Shown piece after piece: positions 25,815-37,854 of a DNA stretch of 64,000 nt. Positions within the stretch are counted from its first letter, which is position 1. Every line of letters starts with the position of its first letter. This DNA is from Octopus sinensis (taxonomy: Eukaryota). Both the position numbers and the translations under genes were made by a program. The stretch covers positions 48,484,001 through 48,548,000 of the forward strand of contig NC_043015.1 in NCBI RefSeq assembly GCF_006345805.1, read 5' to 3'. The notes beneath the pieces are model-generated. The model saw nothing but the letters and a program-made list of their open reading frames with translations. It was not told the origin of the DNA and searched no databases.

Positions 25815-26373
25815 TTTTATGTGCCACCGACACAGGTGCCAGACGAGGCTGGCAAACGGCCACGCTCGGATGGTGTTTTTATGTGCCAACCGACACAGGT
25901 GCCAGACGAGGCTGGCAGACGGCCACGCTCGGATGGTGTTTTTTATGTGCCACCGACACAGGTGCCAGACGAGGCTGGCAGACGGCCACGCTCGGATGGT
26001 GTTTTTATGTGCCACCGACACAGGTGCCAGATGAGGCTGGCAAACGGCCACGATCGGATGGTGCTTGTTACGTGCCCACAGCACGGAGGCCAGTCGATGC
26101 GGTACTGGCCGTTTGCCAGCCTCATCTGGCACCTGTGTCGGTGGGACATAAAAACACCATCCGAGCGTGGCCGTCTGCCAGCCTCGTCTGGCACCTGTGT
26201 CGGTGGCACATAAAAACACCATCCGAGCGTGGCCGTCTGCCAGCCTCGTCTGGCACCTGTGTCGGTGGCACATAAAAACACCATCCGAGCGTGGCCGTCT
26301 GCCAGCCTCGTCTGGCACCTGTGTCGGTGGCACATAAAAAACACCATCCGAGCGTGGCCGTCTGCCAGCCTCG
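25815..26373. repeat. Inverted pair of 62-bp tandem arrays (4 units plus 4.3 inverted units)
   Basis: Left units start at 25819, 25881, 25945 and 26007. Reverse-complement units start at 26106, 26168, 26230, 26292 and 26355 (partial). Confidence 0.95.
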
Positions 26374-27181
26374 ATCACATGTAAATTGTCTTAAAACAAC
26401 TTCAAGTAATTCCACCATCTAAGCGTGATTTCTGGCTGGCTTCTGTGCCAGTGGCACGTAAAAAGCACCATTTAAACGTGATCGTTACCAGCGTCACCTT
26501 ACCGGCACGTGAAAAACATTTCAGCGAGGTCGTTGCCATTGCCACTGGATTGGCTCCTGTGCAGGTGGCACGTAAAAAGCACCACCTGAGCATGACCGTT
26601 GCAAGTGGCATGTAAAAGCACCCACTACACTCTCGGAGTGGTTGGCATCCAACTGTAGAAACTCTGCCAGATCAGATTGGAGCCTGGTGCAGCCTCCTGG
26701 TTTGCCAGTCCTCAGTCAATTTGGCCAACCCATGCTAGCATGGAAAGCTGACATTAAACGATGATAATGATGATGATTAGTGTAGCTGTATGGCAAGAAG
26801 TTTGCTCTCCACGACATCGTTCTGGGTTTAATCCCATTGCAGGATACCTTGGGCATGTGTCTTCTGTTATTGCCTTGTGGTGATCAGATGGAAACTGAAA
26901 GGTGTTTGTGTGGGTGCATCACCTTCTCCTTGTCCGACATTGTGTGAGAGTTGTAAATAAATGTTAGTGTTAATTGGTGACAGGGCATCTTAGCTGTAAA
27001 AAAATATTCTCCACAAAATTCCGTCTGACTCATGTGAGCATAGGAAAAAGTCGATGCTAAAATGCTGATGTTTTCTTATTGTCTTTTCCCTCCTCAAAGA
27101 ATGAAAAGCAGCTTAGTGGCATTAATTGGAATGGTAGACAGCCAACCGAGGTAATAAGGAATTTTTGCTTCACACTAGCAC

Positions 27182-27213
<32 letters not shown>

Positions 27214-30200
27214 CCAGAACTGGATGATTGGTTTTTAGCAATATCCACTAATAGTCCTTGCAGTACACAGAATTGTCATGATGAAAGAATTCACAACTTA
27301 GGAATAAATGGAGGATTCAGTTCTCATTGCAGAATCAGAATAGGACTAAAGTGATAAGGTGATACATTCAAAGGAGCAGAAACTGCTGTGCAGGGCTAGG
27401 AAAATGACACCAGCTTGTGTCTTTGTGTCAGAATACTGCTAAGTCTACCAACAGACTGGAGTCAGAGATATATCCATATGCATCAAACATAAGAATGTGG
27501 GTGATTCAATTTGTAAGAAGGTCAGCAAGTAATAAGAACTGAAATTATTTTCTGGCTATCTTTTATCATTTCACTTGTTTGTAATTTGACCTCAGCCATG
27601 ATGAGGCACCATGTTAAAGGGATTTAGTTGAACAAATCAACCCCAGGACTTGCCTTTTTAAAAAATTTTTTTTTTATAAAGCACAGTACCTATTCTATCA
27701 GTCTTTTTTGCCAAACTGCTAAGTTACAGGGATGTGTACACACACCAACACTGGTTGTCAAGCGGTGGGACACACACACAATGGACTTAGTTTCTGTCTA
27801 CCAAATCCATTTACAAGGCTTTGATTGCCCTGTGGATATAGTAGAAGACACCTGCCCAAGGTACCATGCAGTGGAACTGAACCTAAAACCATGTGGTTGG
27901 GAAGCAAGCTTCTTACAACACAGCCTCTCCATAGAGCAACCATGGCTAACTCAAAAAACAACTTCCTATTGAAGTCTGAGTCAAGCCAGAGTTTTTGAAT
28001 AAGCTACTCAGCCAATAAAAGTAATGATATATTTGGGAAAAATTTGTAACTGTAGGACCAACACATTCCATAACTTAAATTTGTGAGAAAACTGATGCCG
28101 AGTGAGTAATACAGTTCAAAATCACACACTAGCAATTGAAATAGGGTTAGTCATACATTATTAAGTTACTTTATAAGAGTGCAACGTCTCATATTTCATG
28201 AAATTATCTTGTTGGAAATTGGAGACAACACGCCATCAATAGCTGACCCACATTGATAAGGAACTAGAGGAGGGGAACAAAAAAGGCCAAGACAGAAGGT
28301 ATTGTAGGAGAAAAATTAAATTTTCACTTTGGTGTGGGCAGTTTCAGATAAAATATCGTCCAAGTAACCAAAGTGACATTATTTTGTATCAGCTCCAAGG
28401 ATATGCTGTGTTTTATGGTACCAACACAATTCGGGTCTAGTTAATAATCACTCTCTTTTACTCGTTTCAGTCATTTGACAGTGGCCATGCTGGAGCACCA
28501 CCTTTAGTCGAGCAAATCGACCCCAGGACTTATTCTTTGTAAGCCTAGTACGTATTCGATCGGTCTCTTTTGCCAAACAGCTAAGTTACGAGGACATAAA
28601 CACACCAGCATCAGTTATCAAGCGATGTTGTGGGAGGACAAAAGCCTCCCTGGACCTCAAGTGGCCTGAACTCTTTACATGAACACCACCCTGTACTTAA
28701 CTCCATGTCCCCCTACATGGCCTTGCTATTTGCTTTTGAGCCAAATTAACTAACTAACTAACATATATATACGACAGGCTTCTTTCAGTTTCTGTCTACC
28801 AAATTCACTCACAAGGCTTTGGTTGGCCTGAGGCTATAGTAGAAGACACTTGCCCAAGGTGCTACACAGTGGGACTGAACCCAGAACCATGTGGTTGGTA
28901 AACAAGCTACTTACCACACAGCCACTCCTGTGCCTATAATAAAGTGATCATATTTAAACCAGCCATATTTGGTCCAGATATTTCAAGCTGACCAGATCCA
29001 GCCTCTCATACCTACACTGTCATTCTAGAAATAAACAATTACAGTACCGAAATCTCAAAGCTACAAGATGATGCATGATTAATTCAAAACAATGTGAATA
29101 GAAAAGTGTTATATTTGACAGAGCAATCTGAATGCTAAAGGATTAAATTAAAACACGTCATTGAAATTTGTGTTTGCACTTATTGTTATGTTCCAAACTA
29201 TTATCAAAATTAATTGAAACCGTATATTTCTTTAGAAACATGGTCTAAGAAAGAGTTAATGGATGAAGTGAAACACAGGAGTGGCTGTGTGGTAAGTAGC
29301 TCGCTTACCAACCACATGGTTCCGGGCTCAGTCCCACAGCGTGGCATCTTGGGCAAGTGTCTTCAACTATAGCCTCGGGCCGACCAAAGCCTTGTGAGTG
29401 GATTTGGTAGACGGAAACTGAAAGAAGCCTGTCGTATATATATATATATGTTTGTCCCTCTAGCATTGCTTGACAACCGATGCAGGTGTGTTTACGTCCC
29501 CGTCACTTAGCGGTTCGGCAAAAGAGACTGATAGAATAAGTACTGGGCTTACAAAGAATAAGTCCTGGGATCGATTTGCTCGACTAAAGGCGGTGCTCCA
29601 GCATGGCCGCAGTCAAATAACTGAAACAAGTAAAAGAGTAAGAGTACAAGTTATCAGCTTCCCAAGCTATGCCTTCTGTTATATTTCTGCTGGAATTGCT
29701 TTCGATTAATTTTGAAAATAACGAAGAATTTAATTAAAATAACTCATTACCAAGCTGCTGCTTGGAACATAAACCAACACAAAATTTCGATGGGTCTTAA
29801 TTTAGATTGCAGGAAGTTTGTATCAGAGAACCAGGCCGAGTTTGGTATTGAAAGGGTTAATCTGATTATTTCCAAAGCAACTTACACAGCTGTCACATCA
29901 ACAAAGCTACTCCCAAAACATTAGATTAGTCTTTAAATGAGAAACCAAAGCACACAGCAGCACTACTCATTTCATACAGTGAGACTGCTACACACAAGAT
30001 TCCTGTATTCTAATCGTCCAAGTCTCATTTCCCAACATGCTACAACTACCGGCAGCTCAATATCCTGTACCTATTTCTTTATTGCCCACAGGGGGCTAAA
30101 CACAGAGAGGACAAACAAACGGATTAAGTCGATTAGATTGACCCCAGTGCGTAACTGGTACTTAATTTATTGACCCCGAAAGGATGAAAGGCAAAGTCAA

Positions 30201-30864
30201 CCTCGGTGGAATTTGAACTCAGAACGTAACAGTGGACGAAATACCTATTTCTTTACTACTCACAAGGGGCTAAACACAGAGAGGACAAACAAACGGATTA
30301 AGTCGATTATATCGACCCCAATCCGTAACTGGTACTTATTTAATCGACCCTGAAATGATGAAAGGCTAAGTTGACCTCGGCGGAATTTGAACTGAGAACG
30401 TAGCAGCAGATGAAATACAACTATACAATTCGTCCGGCGTGCTAACAATTCTGCCAGCTCGATATACTGTACCCTGACCCTTTTTTCTTCTCCTGCAACA
30501 ATCCTTGGTCATCTGAACTAGCAAGCAATGTTCTACACTTAACCTGCTGTACATCATTATCCAGATTGATTCACAACTTGGTTTGTACTCAAAATGTTCT
30601 GAAACAGTCAAGATTTTAGCAACAAGTACTTGTATTATTTAACCTACAGAGACTCACGGTTAGCATACAACTGTAATGCCCACCCACCCACCAGTTGAGG
30701 AGAACCTTGCTCAAGCTATGGGCAGGCACACACTCATACTAAATGGTAATTAAAAAATCAAAAACAAAAGTCACCACACACACATACAAACAAACATTGA
30801 ATAAAATTGTGATAAGTGCCTGCCGATAGCAAGACCTAATTTTGGTAGAATATAAAGACAAACA

Positions 30865-33389
30865 AGAGCAATGGCAACACTTTTGTTTTATTAGAAACAG
30901 TAGTCAGCCAACTGACAATGTATTCTAAATGGAAAAAATGTTGGACATGTTTAATGAAAATAAATAATGTGGAAAAGAATTTGTCAGTTCTCCACTACTT
31001 CACAGAAGATCTGAGACTATGTGACAAGGATTGGGAGAAAAAAAAAAAAAAAAAAAGAACCTGCAATTCAAAGAGCAGACATCTACTTTGTCACATATGT
31101 ACAGGCAGGTTTGCAGAATCTGAGCTGAATACTTACCGACTTGTGTAGAACATGGATTTAGAGGGGAAACAACTGCCTGACCATTAAACAAGCTGAGGGG
31201 TTGTGGTGGAAGGGGACAACTTGTGTTAGCAGACACAACATCCTTTGTTAAGTCTTTAACTGATGGAAGGAAGGTGAGGCAGCCACAAATACATAGACTT
31301 TATTAAACTATGTTCTGAGCCATTCCAAGAATTTGGTACAAAAATAACTTTCTCCATAAACATCTTTTATTAAAAGATTAATGAAAGGAAGAATACAGGA
31401 GTGTGCTTAGAGCACACTACACCAATTTCCTCAAGCTGAAAGAATTGTACCAAATAATTTGATAGTTCTGACTAATGGCTACTTACTGATTGGCCACATC
31501 AGATCCAGATAGTTTTCTAATATTAATTGCTGTAAGGCAGGTTAGTAGTTTTACTTTCACATTTTTTTTTAATTCTTTTCATTACTATATTTCACTAAAT
31601 ATAGAAAAAGACAGTGTTTTCATGTATCAGTTTGTCTTTGTCGCCAAAGGCATTCAGTATGGTAACTAATGCATGGCTAAAGAACAAGTACAGGTAGTGA
31701 GTCCCTAGTAGGAAGGAACAGGATTGTCAACTCAAATTTTATGTTCTGTTTGGTTAGGTAGGGAGGAGAAAGTCTTGCAATTTATTTGCCATATATTTCT
31801 GGGTTGAAAGAAGTCAAAGATATTAAGCAAATATAGGAAAGGGGAGATAAAAAAAGTAATGTTGTATTATAACCCCTTGTCGCTTTCCCTTCGACGACAG
31901 CCAGTTTCATAACCAGTCACAGTGATTTTCACACCTATTGCCATGGTAACTTTGGTCTGTTGATTGGGTCAGTGATAGTTGATGTTGCTAAGTAAACAGG
32001 TAAATTTACTGGAGTTCACTATCACAGAACACAATCAGTGAGTTTTAGGTATATCTGAAAGCCACAACAAATATATAACCAAGATATAAGAAGTTGGTTG
32101 AAGAACAAGTCGAAGGCTTCAAAAGGATACACCAGGAGATAATAAGTGTTGTAGAGTAGTTAATTATGTTAGTAATAGAATTAAAGGCAGCAATTGTTTT
32201 TCTTTTTTGGGGACAAAAAGTTATAAGCGGACCATTCGTAAGAAGGAAAAAAAGTAACATTTAAATAGGTTTTGTAAATATATGTACAAAGTAAGTGAAG
32301 AATAAAAACTGTGATTCCTCAGAGTGAAAGGCAAACTTCTAAACAGAAAAGTTGAAGATGAAAGCATTTCTAGAGACTATTAGATACTTTACTTGGACTT
32401 AAGTTTTAGGCAAGCAATTTGTAGATGCATAGAAATACATCAGAGAAAATTGAACCAAACTGTCTTATAGGTTAAAATAATACAATATTGATGAAGGAAA
32501 CTGATTAAAAGATGAGACTATTGAAAATATTGAAGATTTGCAATGTCTAATTTAGGAAACAAAAATTTTATTTTGTCTTTTAAGAAGACTTAAAATACTA
32601 GGAAAAGAAAGATATGCTTTAAAGAAAAAAATTTTTGGTTAAAAGGAATTGCCATGGATTAATATTGTAATAATCTCTCTGCAAGTAAATATTTCTGCAT
32701 TTAAGTAGAAGAGATGTAGTAGAAACAGGATTAGCTGCATTAAAAATGTTACCTTTCGCTTCCAGAATGGCTTCTACAAAGTGTAAATAGGACAAATCAA
32801 AGCCAATGTGAAACAGTTTGAAAGTTTTGTCTTTGAAATTGATGATCTCTTGCTACAAGGATATAAATAGACGTTTTCAGAAAGGAACGCTGGAAGTCTT
32901 TCAAGACAACAATACCAAGCTGTTCATTAGGAAACCATTGTTTTTAATGTTAAATGATCATAAGAGCTAAACGAAGGCCAGAATTAGAAGTGGAAAATGG
33001 TGGTAGTGGTGGGGAAGATAATAGTTTCTAGGTGTTAGTAGTATATGTGTTCAGAAGTGGAAGGTCTTTGTTGTCAACTGACAATTTACTAGATTCAGAA
33101 CCAACATATAATAATTATAATTATAATAATAATATTAAATAAACTTCTCAGATAGGCCTCAAGGCCACATTTGTATGGGGTTTAGTCAATTGAACCAATC
33201 CCAGGTACGTGCTTGGTATTTTATGCACCCTAGAGGGATGAAAGGGAAAGTCAACTGTGGTGAAGTTTGAACTCAGCACATAGCAAGAGAAACAAAATAT
33301 ATATTCTACCATTTCTGCCATCCCACTGCCAACAATAATTAAAATAATTAACAGTAGAAAATAATATATATATCATTAAGTTACTACGA

Positions 33390-33430
<41 letters not shown>

Positions 33431-33598
33431 GAAAAATAAGGTTGTGTAGAATAGAGTCTGAAACAATAAAATGTAGTCTAATTGAAATAAAAGATACATG
33501 CATTGAAAGTTTTAATATGAACTGTTGTTAATTCAAGGAAATGTAGATATTGATATGAAATATGTCAAGACGTAATTACTATTGTGTGCATGTGTGAG

Positions 33599-33630
<32 letters not shown>

Positions 33631-36600
33631 GATATATATGTATGTATATATATCTGCACATGTACAAATTGTTTATACAGTCTCCTCTAGTATATCAAAG
33701 GCAACCTTTAAGGAAACTCCACATCTGCAATCATCTGACTGATTCTGGCTAACTTCAGAAAAAGCTAGCTAAGAGGCAGCAGCAGATGTTTAAAATCGAC
33801 GGTTTATGATTATGCACACTTCTTTGTATTAACAAGGCAAGTCAAATAGGGATGAAAACAGATCTAAGAATAAAAGAAAACGGTATATAAGGTATATATA
33901 TATATATATGTTTTCGAGAAGACATAGCGTCAGTGGTTGTATGCTATTGTGACAAGGCTGTGTTACATAGGTATTTGTTAGTAGATATTTAGGTTTCACA
34001 AGCCAATCGATGTAGTAATAATAACATTTAAACTGCTTAGAAAAGATAAACCAAAGCAGCTCCAGAAAGGCTTTATTGAGGTTTTACTTCATCTTGACTC
34101 ACCGAATCAAGGTTTGAGAGTATTTTTTTTTATTTTTAAAGTTTCAGTTTATATTAGTAGAGCATAATTCCTAAATTATAGCAAAAATACCATTTATTCA
34201 TTTTCTAAATAAGGAAAAAAAAAAAAATTAGCAAAAGAAACAAAATAAAATCTCCAGAAAAAGAGAAAATGCTTGGATTAGAAAGACTTTAAAACTGTTT
34301 AGTGTAAATTCTTAATCTATGACTTGGAACGAAAAAAATAAAGGATGTCAATAGGTGTAGGGTAGGACTGCATCTAGCAATGGCTTGGTAATCAATCACT
34401 AATACTAGGATTTAAAAAAAAAAACAAACAAAAAATCAATTTGGTCATAGTTTGAAAATGCTTGGAAAAATAGTTTCAATAAAAACAAAAACTGATCAGT
34501 CCTTAGAAAAAAAAAAAAAAAATGAAACAATGGTGCATAAGAGAAGAGTTTTAACCTATGTCATTGATGGCATTTATTGTTTACTAATTGTCAACTTTAA
34601 TTGCTAAAGGACAACGGCAAAGTAAAGGTTTGACGACTTGTTTTTTTAGCATCAAAATGAAAACTTGCTGTTCAAAGTTAAAAGTAAAATTAAAAACACT
34701 GTTAGATGATTCTGTTGTGACAAAAGCAGAGCAATTCTATCAAAAAAAAGCCATCATTTTTTTTTTAGCTCCAAATACCAGATACATCATCATGGAATGA
34801 CAATTACACAACAAAATAAGCACTAAGTAGCTTCTTTTTTTTTAAAAAACAAACACTATCTACATTTAAACCGATATTAGTAGGTCACAAACCAAAATTT
34901 AAATCAATTAGATTTAGTCTGTTAGTAAAAATAATTATATTTTCTATGTTTAATAACTTGTTTTTAGATAAAGCAAAATAATTTCAGCAATTATATATGA
35001 ATTTTAGACACTTCTAATAAATCTGTTGTGGTACATTATGCTATTTTTATAAACAGCATCACATAGACTATCTGGAAAGTTAGACCACCCAGAAGCAATG
35101 TTATCCATGTGTTGTAGTTTTTATTTTATTTTTTTTTTCCATTAAAATGGGGGACGGGTGGGTTTGAATCAGGAAAGAAAATGAAACCAGTAGAAATATC
35201 TCTCGTCAAACAATGGAAAGAAAATAAAGGTGATTAAACTCACCTCAATGAAACCTATTTGAGAACAGGTATATTTAACATTAACTAAGTCTGTGCACTG
35301 TAAATTGAAACCTAAAGAATCACTTAAAAATCAAACAGCACAAAACAAAATAACAGCAAATAACAAAAAATACTTTTTTTTTTTTTAGAAAAACCTACAA
35401 TTTTCTTTTGTTACTGTTGTCAATATAGTCCAGGTTAATGCAAAATAGTGAAACTAACTGAAGAAAAGACACTAAGCATATTGAAGGAAAAAAAAAAAAA
35501 CTATCAAAGAGTATTAACAACTAGAACAAATAGATTTTAAATCGATATAGAATACATTGGGATATAAAAAAAAAAAAAACGAAAAAAAGCACCAGCATTA
35601 ATATTCTGTTTTGACAAAAAAAAAAAAAAAACTCCATCATAAAAATAATTTAAACACTCCCATAACGAAAAGCAATGAGAGTAGCAAAAACAGATGAAAT
35701 AAACAGCAGTAAAAAGCTAAATGGTAAAGTAAGCTAGCAGAAAAGGTAGCAACACGTTATCTTAGGAGCAAATAATTAGCTAATACTGTTAATATGTTGA
35801 CCATAAAAAAAAAAAAAAAAAAGGTATAACAATCAAAATGCTATATGCACATATTGCTAATAACTATTTTTTCTTTTTTAAATCTTTTAAGCAGGGGGGT
35901 AAGTCTGTAGATAGGTGGGGGGGTGGCAAGAAATTAGCAATTAGAGAGAAATACGTTTGGCCCAGATTGGAATTTCTTTGTAAATATATTTGGGTTTGAA
36001 AAATGTTGCACATAAAACTGTCTGTTAAATGTATCAGATTATATTTTCAATGGAACAAATCAAGACGACAATAATTACGTAAGGTAACTAACCAAGAGGC
36101 CTATGTTAAATGCTTTTAATTATTGAAGAAAATAACTGAACCAATGTCTTGATTTTTTGGAGAATTTTCAATTTTATGTGGTCATATTATTCCATATATT
36201 ATAGAAATAAACCGTAGATAGAATCAATTGAAAGAAATTGTAATACTTGTGGAGTTCAGTATGTAAAGCTCCTTTTAGCTACATTGCAACTTTGCTTATT
36301 TAAACCATTTCATAGGTAACAAATGAATACTACATGGAAATTAGAAGTTATAGCACTACTAATTTAATTTAATGTACTTTCAAGTAAAACTGTTAATGGG
36401 AAGACAATTACACTTAGCTTTCAATTTAAGATTGACGATATATTCTCATCTATAGCAGTCCTCCGCCCTAAACTTACTACTGTGTGCAGTGTTTTACAAC
36501 TGCATTAACTTTACAGCTTAAATAGATGTTCAAATACCTGTAGTGAAATGAAATGAAATAAATAAGATGCCAAAATGATAAGTTTAAAAAAAAAAAACAA

Positions 36601-37330
36601 AAAAAAAAAAACAACCAAAATTAACGGATTACAGACTGCAAGTAAATTGAAATGAAAACAAAAGCAATCAAACCGAATGAGGTTAGGTGGCAGCATTGAT
36701 AGTAGAAAGGTTGCTGTTAATCATCTTACCATGAAAAAATTTTACTCAATTAGGCCAACACGGATTGAAGGAATACATTCTGCTACCAGCAGCTTCAATA
36801 TCTCTATTGTAGACCCTGCTACCAACATTGTACCTCTTAGCAGAACTTAATTGTACCAGAATATTTAACAACATTGTTACCTTCACAGTGCATGCCAACT
36901 TTCCCCCCAAACTGTCTAGGCCAAATATACCATGCACTCTGAGACAATGCAACAGTCAAAGCAAACTAATTGCTTGACAATATATGCATAGATTGAGCTC
37001 AGTCCAGAATTGAAAACAAAATAGACTAATGTCTAGGCAATTCAGGGTAGTAAGTCATCCTAAACACACAGGAATACATTTTTTTTTTTTTAAAGAAACT
37101 TTTAAAAAAATTTACTCATGTTTTTTTTTTTCTCTAAAAACATTTTTTTTTTCATGTAATTAATCATGTTTTGGAGCAGCAACAGCATTTTTCCAGCTGT
37201 GTAGTCCATTCAATAAGCGTTGATCAGTGGTTACTGATTTCAATGTCTGCCTTGCCTGCAAACCTGACTTCAAGTCGATTCTTTCAACAAGTCAGGGAAA
37301 GGGAGGGGAATTCAAAACCTGCAATCCTAC
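30865..37330 (-). other. Probable long 3'UTR of the FMR1-like gene
   Basis: About 6.5 kb downstream of the stop, very U-rich on the transcribed strand, with only one SINE remnant that I can recognise (about 33160-33300). AATAAA on the minus strand at 30887-30892 is followed by a GU-rich stretch. The end point is inferred. Confidence 0.45.
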
Positions 37331-37854
37331 TCATTGTTCTCCATTAACAAGCTGTTCCTTTGATTTGCAGAAATGAGTAGTAGTAGCAGTAGGAGAAGTT
37401 GCAGAGTTGCTCGACTTGCTCTTTATATTTTTACTGTCGGATTCACTGCTACTGAGTTGCTGACGGGTTTGTTTGCGAGCATCTCGTTGTTGCTTGGGTG
37501 TAGAATCATTTTCTGTTTTCACAATAATTTCTTTTTCATTTGCCACCATACTATTGTTGTTGTTATAAGTAGGCCGGTTGCCTCCCAGTTGCAGATGCAT
37601 TTGTGAGGAGTGAGGTGGGGGAGATTGAGAATGGTGGTTATTATGGACAGACGTAACAGACACAGAGAAATCTTCTGGCTTATGCATGTTGTTATTGTAA
37701 CTTGGGCTCCTCATCATAGAACCGGCCCGCGACGGTGGTGCCGAGTAGCGGCCCCTGTAATTAGATACACTTGTGTCTGTCTCAGTACCAGAAGCTGCAC
37801 TACCGTTACCACGCAATCTTCTTCTGCGCCTCCTTCTTTTATCCCGTCTACGAT
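37331..37854 (-). CDS. FMR1: FMR1-like terminal coding exon (Arg cluster, then S/N/H-rich low-complexity tail)
   Basis: CTCTTTCAG|AT acceptor in the phase left by the previous exon. Encodes DRRRDKRRRRRRRLRGNG...KEQLVNGEQ followed by TGA. Confidence 0.88.

Noticed and set aside
25665-26418. Six overlapping ORFs of 98-237 aa on both strands; regular repeats resembling a CRISPR array
   Set aside because: The ORFs come from the stop-poor 62-bp repeat. The units are contiguous with no unique spacers and no cas genes are present.
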